Position numbers and translations under genes: made by a program. The notes under the pieces are model-generated. The model saw only the letters and a program-made list of their open reading frames with translations. It did no database searches and was not told where the DNA came from. A stretch of DNA of 64,000 bases from an uncultured Gammaproteobacteria bacterium (GTDB lineage Bacteria > Patescibacteriota > Patescibacteriia > SBBC01 > CAIJZX01), in NCBI GenBank assembly GCA_964397195.1, contig CAYNGY010000005.1, forward strand, positions 685 to 64,684. The letters run 5' to 3'. Positions 54,575 through 63,099 of the stretch are shown piece by piece. Positions within the stretch are counted from its first letter, which is position 1. The number at the start of each line of letters is the position of its first letter.

Positions 54575-54611
54575 TAGGCGAGTGTTTTTTATTTGTCCTC
54601 TTCCCCGATCG

Positions 54612-55004
54612 TTACCCGGTCGTCGTTTTTGTGACGTTCGAGGCGGTACTCGCAACGTACGCCACGATGGCCCAAGCTAAAATAATCACAATCATGCCAA
54701 TAACGGTGGCGGAGATGATACTTTTGGCTTTTTCAACATTCTTTTCATTCCCGGCGGCGGTGAGCCAGATGAACCCGGCGTAAATCATGAAGACCACCGC
54801 CAAGAGTGTCATGAACCCCAGTACAAATTGAATGGTTTTGATCGACGTTGACCGTAAATCTCCGCCGCCGAGGCCGGTCACGCTTCCTACATCCATGAGG
54901 CTGAACGGCGTTGTCTCCTCTTGCGCGGCGGCGGCCCATGGGAAGAACAACGATGCGACGATGAGCGAGATGATGATGTTCTTTCCGGAGGCGAGGTTGC
55001 GCAT
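54612..55004 (-). CDS. T4SS-pilin-like paralog C
   Basis: Same architecture with core AGFIWLTAAGNEKNVEKAKSIISATVIGMIVIILAWAIV. Confidence 0.55.
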   Translation of the reverse strand: MRNLASGKNIIISLIVASLFFPWAAAAQEETTPFSLMDVGSVTGLGGGDLRSTSIKTIQFVLGFMTLLAVVFMIYAGFIWLTAAGNEKNVEKAKSIISATVIGMIVIILAWAIVAYVASTASNVTKTTTG

Positions 55005-55022
55005 AGACTTCGGGTTAGGCCG

Positions 55023-55391
55023 TTATTTCGCGGCGGTAGTTAGGAAGCTCGTGAAGACGAATTTGATTACGGCCCAACTGATGAGAATGACAACGATCCC
55101 GATGGCGGCCCAGACCAGCGTATCTTTTGCCTGTTTTATTTGTTTTTCATTACCGCCCGAGGTGAGCATCATCAGACCACCCCAGATAAACATGAGCGTG
55201 GCAATGATAGCAATAACGCCGAGAATGGATTTAACGACACGTGAGATGAGGCAGGTTGCGTCATTGCAGCTACCAATTGGGTTTGGGATGGAAATACTCG
55301 TTTTAGCGGTTTGCGCGTGGACCACGCCGGGCTGTCCCGCGACGGATAATGAGAGACAGATGAGGCCGGCGGCGATAAGAGAGCGAATCAT
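55023..55391 (-). CDS. T4SS-pilin-like paralog D (divergent)
   Basis: Core FIWGGLMMLTSGGNEKQIKQAKDTLVWAAIGIVVILISWAV. N-terminal region has 2 Cys. Confidence 0.5.
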   Translation of the reverse strand: MIRSLIAAGLICLSLSVAGQPGVVHAQTAKTSISIPNPIGSCNDATCLISRVVKSILGVIAIIATLMFIWGGLMMLTSGGNEKQIKQAKDTLVWAAIGIVVILISWAVIKFVFTSFLTTAAK

Positions 55392-55401
55392 AAATGGCGA
55401 G

Positions 55402-56778
55402 TTAACGTAAGGTGGTCAAAGGAAGTCGGCGGCACTGGCTACCAATGGCGCTCGAGCAGCGGACTTGGCATGTACCCGCTTGGAAGCTCAGCGAGTTGCC
55501 GCCGGAATCTTGAGCGAGATTGTTGCACCAATAGCTCGAAACATACTCAAAACAGTTATGGTCAGCGCCCTGGGGGTACAGATCTTTTGATTGGCAGAAC
55601 CCACAGCGATTGTTGGTGTCACCGCCGTTGCAAGACTTGCCAGGGAGAAAATCATTCGCCCCGCTTTTATTTAGCGCCAAACAGGTCTTGGCGCTGACAT
55701 CAGGGGTGCAGTAGAGATCGTTTTCGCCGCTGTTGATAATACAGCAGCCCGGGTCAGTACTTGAAAACTTTTCTTCGAGCGGCCCAACCAGAGAGGATAC
55801 ATCTTGAGCCTGAGGCATGAAGCTTACGGTTGTGCCGATATCGGCACCAGTACATGCCGTGGGTGTTAATGGTCCGGGCATGAACAAGGTCGCGGCCGTG
55901 GCGGCGTCAACCTCGCCAGACGGGGAGAGATTGTTAGCCAGCTGAAAGGCTCGAACGCCATTCAGTGTTTGTGGTCCATAGCACGCATCGACCGTGTTGA
56001 GACAGCCGAGTTCTTTGAGCTTCTTTTGAATCTTCGCGACATCACCATTTAGGTCACTACCGGTGTCGGCACAATAGATGTGATTACTACAGCCCTTATC
56101 GTAGGTGTCGTTGTTTGAACTTCGACAGTTTGTGCGGTTCTCGGCCCCGCTATTGTCGCCGCTAAACGGTTTTTGCTCGGCTAGACCAGGGAACAAGAGC
56201 GCGATCGGGCCGGCCCAGATCTCCTTTGCCTTACTTGTTGTTCCGGTCAGGGCCATGACTGTAAAATTGACGATCACGTAGGCAGAGAAACTGATAATGA
56301 TGCCGGTTATGGTGCCAGCGATAATTTTCTTTCCGGACTCGACTTTCTCGCCTCGGCCCCCAGCGGTGAGAAATTGGAACCCGGCCCAAATAAACATCAG
56401 TACCGAAAGCACGGCGAGGATGCTGAGCCCCCATTGAGACAGTTTTACGAATTGTGAAACCGCATCGGCGATTTGGAACAGGCCGGTCGTTTCGCGAGAA
56501 TAATTGGACGTGCCCGAAGCCGTAGTCACGACGCCGCTCAGGATACAGGTCTTGCCGCCGCCGTAGGTACAGAGCGTGTCCTGACGATCCCGACACTGGA
56601 TAGTCAGCCCCGACCATTCACAGGTGTGGCCGCTGTCTTGAAGAATCCACTCAGTTGAGTCGCAGACAATACTGTCCGCCCCCTGGACGTCATTGCACAA
56701 TTCGACAGCGTGAGCCGGGGCGGCAAACAAGAGTAGTCCAGCAATACCGGCAATGAGAGAAATCCGTAGTCGGATCAT
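55402..56778 (-). CDS. large chimeric pilin-like protein: Cys-rich N-domain, T4SS-pilin-like TM core, peptidoglycan-binding (PG_binding_1) domain, Cys-rich C-domain
   Basis: Signal peptide. Core FIWAGFQFLTAGGRGEKVESGKKIIAGTITGIIISFSAYVIV. PG-binding-like GDVAKIQKKLKELGCLNTVDACYGPQTLNGVRAFQLANNLSPSGEVDAATAATL. About 30 Cys in total. Confidence 0.5.
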   Translation of the reverse strand: MIRLRISLIAGIAGLLLFAAPAHAVELCNDVQGADSIVCDSTEWILQDSGHTCEWSGLTIQCRDRQDTLCTYGGGKTCILSGVVTTASGTSNYSRETTGLFQIADAVSQFVKLSQWGLSILAVLSVLMFIWAGFQFLTAGGRGEKVESGKKIIAGTITGIIISFSAYVIVNFTVMALTGTTSKAKEIWAGPIALLFPGLAEQKPFSGDNSGAENRTNCRSSNNDTYDKGCSNHIYCADTGSDLNGDVAKIQKKLKELGCLNTVDACYGPQTLNGVRAFQLANNLSPSGEVDAATAATLFMPGPLTPTACTGADIGTTVSFMPQAQDVSSLVGPLEEKFSSTDPGCCIINSGENDLYCTPDVSAKTCLALNKSGANDFLPGKSCNGGDTNNRCGFCQSKDLYPQGADHNCFEYVSSYWCNNLAQDSGGNSLSFQAGTCQVRCSSAIGSQCRRLPLTTLR

Positions 56779-58151
56779 AGGGTCGTCTCCACTTGCTTGG
56801 CGGCGAGATTCAGCGCCGATTCGGGGGTCTCGCCGTCGACCGTGATGGCGTTGATCATATTGGTGATATACGTTTCGGCTTTCACGCCGTCACCTCCGCG
56901 GTACCAGTTTCGGGCGGTCAGGAGTTGTTCAGCATAGACGGACTTCGTGGCTTCAGTTTTCTGCTTGGCTAGGACCGACTTCAGGGCGGAGAGGCGGTCG
57001 GTTGTTTTGAGGTAGGCGGGAACATTCTCGGAGTTGGCGAGGAAGCGCAGGAAGGACCAAGCGGCGACAGACCGTTTCGCTGTTTGGGCGGCTTTCGAGA
57101 CCATGCCGACATTGTAGATGGCGGCGTTAATAAATCGGATGTTTCCGGTGACGCCGTCGCGATCACCTTGTGTGTCTAGGTGCAGCATCGGGGATGTGGT
57201 CCAGTTCAGCCCGCTGGCGGCAATGGATGCCCGATCCGCATAGGTCCCGAAGAAGTAGGCAATCTTGCCCTTTTTGAACGCATCAAGTGCGTTTTGCTGA
57301 TCGGCATTCCAGCTGTAGGTGGCCTTTTTTGGGGATGAAAAGCTCGTGTAGAACTTAATGGCGACGAGGCCGGCGGCGTCGTTGAAGAGCGCCTTCTTAG
57401 CGGACGTGTTGATCATTTTTGAACCATTCTGCATCATCAACAGTGTCACGAGCTCGTTGGCGTGGGGGATGTTTGTGCTAGTGCCAAGGGCGGCGCCGGA
57501 TTGGACGATGGCGGCGCTGTCATTCTGGACTGAGAGACCCTTTTGTTCGATCTGAGTAGTGAGCTCCGTCCATGTTTTTGCTGGCTCGAAGACCCCGGCA
57601 TTATTTAAGAGATCCTTGTTTACATAGGTGACGAGCGTGTCCATGGAGAGCGGGAGCCCCCAAATTTGGGTACCAGAAAGGACATCGTCTGACACGGCAT
57701 CGACGTACCACTCTTTCATTTGACTCACCGTTGGCGCCTTGACCAGCGGTTTGGTGATGGTGGTTTGGGGTCCGAAGATGCCCTTGGTGGTAGCAACAAC
57801 GGAAACACTCAAGTCGGCTGGCATCGGAATCGCGTACGGTTGCATAGCTCCGATCCAAGAGCTGGGAACAAAAAAGATGTCCGGCCCTTTTCCTTGGGCC
57901 CAGCCTTCGAGGAGCCGGGTCGCGTAGTCTTCGCGGCGAATTTTAGTGACCTTAATGGTGACGTAGGAATGTGTTTCGCGGTAGGTCTTGATAGCGGCGT
58001 TGAACGTATTAACGTCATCGTCGGTGACCCACATCGTCAACGAGGCGCGGGTAACCGTTTTTGGTTTATTACCGATCACCCCAGTTAAGAGGAGGACGAT
58101 AATCGTCAACGGGATGAGGAGAATACCGACGATAATGAACAGACGCTTCAT
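56775..58151 (-). CDS. extracellular solute-binding protein (ABC SBP family 1, sugar-type), orphan
   Basis: N-terminal TM/signal anchor plus SBP_bac_1-like two-lobe pattern. No permease or ATPase genes adjacent. 4-nt overlap with the large pilin-like gene. Confidence 0.65.
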   Translation of the reverse strand: MKRLFIIVGILLIPLTIIVLLLTGVIGNKPKTVTRASLTMWVTDDDVNTFNAAIKTYRETHSYVTIKVTKIRREDYATRLLEGWAQGKGPDIFFVPSSWIGAMQPYAIPMPADLSVSVVATTKGIFGPQTTITKPLVKAPTVSQMKEWYVDAVSDDVLSGTQIWGLPLSMDTLVTYVNKDLLNNAGVFEPAKTWTELTTQIEQKGLSVQNDSAAIVQSGAALGTSTNIPHANELVTLLMMQNGSKMINTSAKKALFNDAAGLVAIKFYTSFSSPKKATYSWNADQQNALDAFKKGKIAYFFGTYADRASIAASGLNWTTSPMLHLDTQGDRDGVTGNIRFINAAIYNVGMVSKAAQTAKRSVAAWSFLRFLANSENVPAYLKTTDRLSALKSVLAKQKTEATKSVYAEQLLTARNWYRGGDGVKAETYITNMINAITVDGETPESALNLAAKQVETTL

Positions 58152-58156
58152 ACGGG

Positions 58157-59041
58157 TTAGTACGGTTTGCGGATATAAGCTCGAATTGAATCGCGCATTT
58201 CTTTGTGTTGGAGCGCAAAATGAATGTTTGCTTTGATATATTCGGCCTTATCTCCGGTATCCCACCATCGGCCGGTGAGCTGATGGGCGTAGACCTTTTC
58301 TCGCCGGGCGAGGATATTAACGCCATCAACGTAGTAGATTTCACCTTGGAGCGACGGTTTTGCGCGTTCGAGGGCGCGGAATAGTTCCGGCGTAAACACG
58401 GCCCCGCCAAGCATGGCGTACGGCGATGGCGATTTTTCGCGAAGCGGCTTCTCGACGATGCTCGAAATGCGGAACGTCTTCCCTTTTACTTTGTCATGCG
58501 GCTTCATCATGCCGTATTTCGAAAAACGATCTTCGCTAACCGGAAGAACGCCGATAATGCTGGAATGATAGCGGCGATACGCGTCAATGAGCTGTTTCGC
58601 GACCGGTACGCGCGCCTCAAAGAAATCATCGCCCCAGCACATCACGAATGGTTCATCGCCAACTACTTCTTTGGCCATGAGGATCGCATGACCATTTCCA
58701 AGCATCTTGTTTTGGCGGACAAAAACAAACTTTGCTAACCGCGAGATGCGGTCAACCTCTTTGAGCTGTTCCAGTTTATTATTTTCGCGCAGGAGCTGTT
58801 CAAGTTCGCCTGAGTAGTCGAAGTGGTCTTCGACGGCCCGCTTGTTGCGCCCGGTAATAAAGATAATCTCCTCGATACCGGCGGCAACTAATTGCTCAAC
58901 GACAATTTGGACGATTGGCTTATCGACAATCGGGAGCATTTCTTTTGGCTGGGCGATCGTCATGGGCAAAAAACGCGTCCCAAATCCAGCGACTGGAACG
59001 ACGGCTTTGCGTATTTTTGTGTTTTTTCTTTTGGTTGGCAT
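58157..59041 (-). CDS. galU: UTP--glucose-1-phosphate uridylyltransferase
   Basis: KAVVPVAGFGTRFLPMTIAQPKEMLPIVDKP is the GalU signature N-terminus. Confidence 0.85.
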   Translation of the reverse strand: MPTKRKNTKIRKAVVPVAGFGTRFLPMTIAQPKEMLPIVDKPIVQIVVEQLVAAGIEEIIFITGRNKRAVEDHFDYSGELEQLLRENNKLEQLKEVDRISRLAKFVFVRQNKMLGNGHAILMAKEVVGDEPFVMCWGDDFFEARVPVAKQLIDAYRRYHSSIIGVLPVSEDRFSKYGMMKPHDKVKGKTFRISSIVEKPLREKSPSPYAMLGGAVFTPELFRALERAKPSLQGEIYYVDGVNILARREKVYAHQLTGRWWDTGDKAEYIKANIHFALQHKEMRDSIRAYIRKPY

Positions 59042-59059
59042 GGTCAGACTATACCACTT

Positions 59060-60349
59060 TTAGGCGGCTTTGTCACCTTGAGCCTTACGCTGGCGCATCA
59101 GGGCGCGAAGAGCACGTACCGGGTTTTTAGATTGCCGGATACCGGCGAGAATCTCCGACCGGGTGATTCCTCGGTCATGCGCGTCGTCAGCCACGGCGAG
59201 AAGCTGGCCCATACCGGCGCCGGGTTTTATGCCGAGACCAATCAATTCATGACCGCTTAGTACGTGCGGCGGCGGCTGATGCAAGAGGTGATATCTTTTG
59301 GCAGTGCGGGCTAAGGTACGGCTCGTAATCGGCCGGAGACAGCCGAGGAGGCTGACAGCGTGGCCAACTGGTAGCGGATCCAGCCGACGGGCCAGCGAAA
59401 ATACCTCTTGGCGACCGATTTTTTTTGGTAATCGGTGGGTGGCGGCCGTTAAGCGTCGGATCTGGTGGTATGTGTTTCTGGAAAATCCAAGCCGCAAGAG
59501 GAATGGTTGTTGAGATTTGACCGGAATTGCCCGGAGGAGGAGAGACCAAAAAACTATCTGACGGTGCTGAGCTGGGAGAGACGGGAGATGGTCGACGGCG
59601 CGGTACAGCGTCTCCGGAAAGCGCACCGTTCTTCCGACGAGCGGCGAAAAAACATCCACCGTAGTCGCAATACGTAAACCGAGCGATGGTTTTTTTGCTA
59701 GTAACACGAACTTTTCCCACTCGGCGAATATCCGCGCCGCGGGTAGCTCAATAATCGAACCGGCCATTTTTTTCATTAGCCTGAGTGACTTCAGATCGGC
59801 GCGGAGCGCGAATCGAGCGGCGAATTGCACGCCTCGCAACAGCCGCAGCGGGTCATCGCCAAACGTCTGTGCGTCAACGATGCATAAGATGTGACGACGG
59901 AGGTCGCGCTGGCCACCAAATGGGTCGAGTACAGTATTGGTGGAAAGATTGATGGCCATGGCGTTGATGGTAAAATCGCGACGTCGTAGATCATCAACGA
60001 TTGGAATGCGCGGGTTTGCGTGAATGGCGAAGCCGCGGTGGCCGGGCGCGATTTTTGATTCACGCCGGGGCAGCGCAATATCGACCGTTGTGCGAGTAGT
60101 GATCAGGCGTAGGGTGCCAAAGCTTCGGCCAACATCGTGGACGTGGCCGTATGACGAGGCAATATCTTTTACCGTAGCCGGCGATAGGCCCGCAATGACC
60201 AGATCGTAGTCGTGGGTTGACTGTTTTGATAGTAGATCACGGACTGCGCCACCAACTAAAAAAGCTTGGCCGCTAGCGCGAGCACATTTTAATCCGAGGT
60301 GGCGGATAACCGGCGGGAGATGGAGCGTGAACGACGAGGCGGCGGGCAT
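59060..60349 (-). CDS. cca: CCA-adding tRNA nucleotidyltransferase (class II, Pol-beta head + probable HD-like C-terminus)
   Basis: GGAVRDLL...DYDL head motif, RRDFTINAMA, DPFGG..DL. Start at MPAASSF (~60349). Confidence 0.8.
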   Translation of the reverse strand: MPAASSFTLHLPPVIRHLGLKCARASGQAFLVGGAVRDLLSKQSTHDYDLVIAGLSPATVKDIASSYGHVHDVGRSFGTLRLITTRTTVDIALPRRESKIAPGHRGFAIHANPRIPIVDDLRRRDFTINAMAINLSTNTVLDPFGGQRDLRRHILCIVDAQTFGDDPLRLLRGVQFAARFALRADLKSLRLMKKMAGSIIELPAARIFAEWEKFVLLAKKPSLGLRIATTVDVFSPLVGRTVRFPETLYRAVDHLPSLPAQHRQIVFWSLLLRAIPVKSQQPFLLRLGFSRNTYHQIRRLTAATHRLPKKIGRQEVFSLARRLDPLPVGHAVSLLGCLRPITSRTLARTAKRYHLLHQPPPHVLSGHELIGLGIKPGAGMGQLLAVADDAHDRGITRSEILAGIRQSKNPVRALRALMRQRKAQGDKAA

Positions 60350-60477
60350 ACCACTACGGTACGTGGTGCGAAGAGCCTTGACAAGGAGCCGGGTTTTTGG
60401 TAAGCGTACTGGCGGCACCCATGGAAGCGCTCTTCAGATTCGAGGAACCCGGCAGGCTGGGATACAGGGAGGTGCGC

Positions 60478-60705
60478 ATGCGGCACACAGATGAAGAAGA
60501 ACGTCTGCACCTGGTCATTCATGTTCACGGACCGGCCCGGCGCGGAGACTTTCCGTATCGGGCAACGTTCCACAACACGCAGCACAACGAGATCGGTACG
60601 ACCCGTGACGCGGCGGTCGAAGCGCTCAAGACGCGCCTGGCAAGGCTGGGCTACACGCGGGAACAGCTGGCCGCGATGGAGGTCCTGCCGCCGCTTCCGA
60701 AATGA
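60478..60705 (+). CDS. small hypothetical protein (75 aa) with GC3-rich codon usage
   Basis: GGGAGGTG SD 5 nt before ATG 60478; strong terminator 20 nt after the stop; codons predominantly C/G-ending, unlike host genes. Confidence 0.35.
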   Translation: MRHTDEEERLHLVIHVHGPARRGDFPYRATFHNTQHNEIGTTRDAAVEALKTRLARLGYTREQLAAMEVLPPLPK

Positions 60706-60721
60706 GCGGTCGTAGACGAAA

Positions 60722-60762
60722 TCGCCGGGCTCGTCTCGTACGGGCCCGGCGAATCTTTTTTG
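60722..60762 (+). terminator. rho-independent terminator (TCGCCGGGC ... GCCCGGCGA then ATCTTTTTTG)
   Basis: Perfect 9-bp GC stem, 12-nt loop, T-run. Confidence 0.75.
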
Positions 60763-60770
60763 CTGACTGT

Positions 60771-62666
60771 CTATTCGAAGTGGACGTCCGTGATTTTTGT
60801 TTCAGGGCCGCCGATGACCCGCAATGTGGCAGCAGTGATCGGCCCACTCATGAACCAATTTGGGCAGGTGTGAACATCTAGGCGATACGATTGTTGGCCG
60901 CTAACGATAGGCATGGCGATTGATCCGCGATCAAGCTCGAGCCCGTTGGCACGACTTTGCCATGCAAACTTGACCGCGTTTTTCCCAGTTCCGGAGATCG
61001 TGAAGACCAGACTGTTGATCGCCATAGGTTCAAATTGGTGCTCCCCGGCGACATCCCGCATTTTTAGGTTCCAGGTTCGTTGTTCCGGGCTATGCGCAGA
61101 CCAGTCAAGCGTTGACGGTGGAGGTGTGTCCTGTCGCCAGGCAGCGAACTTTTTTTCGGTGGCGATATTCTCAACGATAGTCGACGTTTGATTATCCCAC
61201 GTGAAGGCATCTATTCCGTCCATGTTTGGGACGGGCTTGAACGCGCAGGTCGATGTAGCGGTAACGTCGGTCTTAACATTTGTCGCGAGCGAGTAGCGGG
61301 CGTTTATGAAAAATTTCGGATTCTCTAATGCGATGCGCAAACTCTCGCCAAGCCCGTTCCGAAGAACAAATGCGCCGTAGTAGCTGTCTGGAACCCGGGT
61401 GATCAAAACCGCCCGATGGTAGGTGTCATAGTCGACAGCTCGGTATTCCGGCTTTAGGGCCTCGATACTGCTCGCAATAGTATTTGCTTGTGTTGCGGCA
61501 ATACGCCAGGGAACGTAATTGAAGAGGGAGGCAAGGCCGCCAATGATGACGAGAGTTGGCAAGAGCATTTTTTGTATGCGACCTGACGCGTCGGCCCGGT
61601 CGAATACTACCGCGATCAGTATCGAAATCGGTATGGTGGCAAAAAACAGGACCCGGGTATTCATGAGCGTGGCGTGCACGTTCGGGATGATGGATGCACC
61701 GGGCAGGGCGACAACATACGTTAGAAGAACCAGCCCAAGAACGGTGAGCCACGAACGTTTTTCGCTAAGCTGATTTCGATTGACGAGCAGCGCGGTCCCG
61801 ATAAGACCGGCCAAGACCACAATGGTAATACCATTCTGGGTGTGCCCAGAGGCAAGGGCGGGAATTCCTATCCCCGCGAAGGCGTAGTTCACGGCATACT
61901 TCACGAGGTAGATCGGCAAGAGCACAAACTTTAGTGGGATCCAGACGCTCGATCCGCCACCGATCCAGGCATACCCGCCAAGCCATGACCCGATCATTAT
62001 TTTTCGAATGACGATATGGCCGGCAAGCAGAATACCGTATGGTGCCCAAAGCATGACCGCGCGCCAGCGCCATCGACGCCGTTCCCACAGCGCGGCGACA
62101 ATCAAGACGGCCATCAGCAAGGGCAACGTAAAGGCCTCTTCCTTACTGAAATAGGCCAGCGTGGCGGCTACGTAGGAGAGTGCCAACCAAGGAATTTGCA
62201 CTCGCTCCCGACACCGGACGAGCGCGTACATTGCCAGGAGACTGAACCAAATGGCGAGGAGATCGGTGCGACCGGATATCCACGTGACGGTTTCGTGATG
62301 GCTTGGGAAGACCACAAACAGAAGGGAGCTAAACAGAGCGAGTCGGGGTCGATTCGTCACGCGTCGGAGAATCCCGTAGAGACACAGCGCGATCCCGACG
62401 AGGAGAAGAAGATTTGTGAGGTGGAATCCGAACGACTGCGGCCCCCAGACGAGATAGTCAAGCGTCATTGAGACATTCATGACTGGTCGGTAGGTGCCGC
62501 CGGGGATCTGAAGAATTTTAAGAAAGGATGGCCAGTCATGAACGGTTCGAGCGAACATGACGTGGTCGTAATCGTCAGAGAGAAATTGGTCCGTTACGGC
62601 CGGGCCATGCATGACAATCGCGACGAAGATGATGAGAATCGGATGGAGAAATCGCTTGAAGATCAT
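60771..62666 (-). CDS. polytopic membrane protein, GT-C-fold glycosyltransferase-like (PMT_2/DUF2723-type) with C-terminal soluble domain
   Basis: About 12 TM helices. First loop FLSDDYDHVMFA (DD/DxD-like motif of PMT-type GT-C enzymes). About 230-aa C-terminal beta-rich domain. Confidence 0.45.
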   Translation of the reverse strand: MIFKRFLHPILIIFVAIVMHGPAVTDQFLSDDYDHVMFARTVHDWPSFLKILQIPGGTYRPVMNVSMTLDYLVWGPQSFGFHLTNLLLLVGIALCLYGILRRVTNRPRLALFSSLLFVVFPSHHETVTWISGRTDLLAIWFSLLAMYALVRCRERVQIPWLALSYVAATLAYFSKEEAFTLPLLMAVLIVAALWERRRWRWRAVMLWAPYGILLAGHIVIRKIMIGSWLGGYAWIGGGSSVWIPLKFVLLPIYLVKYAVNYAFAGIGIPALASGHTQNGITIVVLAGLIGTALLVNRNQLSEKRSWLTVLGLVLLTYVVALPGASIIPNVHATLMNTRVLFFATIPISILIAVVFDRADASGRIQKMLLPTLVIIGGLASLFNYVPWRIAATQANTIASSIEALKPEYRAVDYDTYHRAVLITRVPDSYYGAFVLRNGLGESLRIALENPKFFINARYSLATNVKTDVTATSTCAFKPVPNMDGIDAFTWDNQTSTIVENIATEKKFAAWRQDTPPPSTLDWSAHSPEQRTWNLKMRDVAGEHQFEPMAINSLVFTISGTGKNAVKFAWQSRANGLELDRGSIAMPIVSGQQSYRLDVHTCPNWFMSGPITAATLRVIGGPETKITDVHFE

Positions 62667-62672
62667 GGGAAA

Positions 62673-63095
62673 CTAGCCGAGAGTCATCAAAATAGCGCCA
62701 CCGGCTATCATGAGTGCTCCGAGGCCGGAGCGAATCGTGAGGTGGTCGCCAAGGAAGAGAAGGGAGAATACTAGTACGAATACTACCGACAGGCGATCGA
62801 TGGCGGCGACTTGTGGTGCCTTGGCGAGTCGAAGTGCGGCGAAATAACACAGCCACGACAGTGCGCCAGCCACGCCAGCGAGTACAATATATACCCACTC
62901 GCGCTGTCCAATAGTGCTCGGGGCCAGGTGTCGCGCCTTCCCGAGGACGAGTGAGACGAGAACGAGAAAGATGGCCATGATAATGGCACGGATGGTGGTG
63001 GCCAGCGTCGTATCAACTTTACTCAGACCGAGTTTCCCGAAAATTGCGACGAGGGCTGCTGAGAGTGCTGAGCCGAGCGCGAGGAGGAGCCACAT
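62673..63095 (-). CDS. EamA-like (DMT superfamily) small transporter
   Basis: 140 aa, 4-5 TM helices, single EamA domain pattern (LGDHLTIRSGLGALMIAGGAIL). Confidence 0.65.
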   Translation of the reverse strand: MWLLLALGSALSAALVAIFGKLGLSKVDTTLATTIRAIIMAIFLVLVSLVLGKARHLAPSTIGQREWVYIVLAGVAGALSWLCYFAALRLAKAPQVAAIDRLSVVFVLVFSLLFLGDHLTIRSGLGALMIAGGAILMTLG

Positions 63096-63099
63096 AAAG

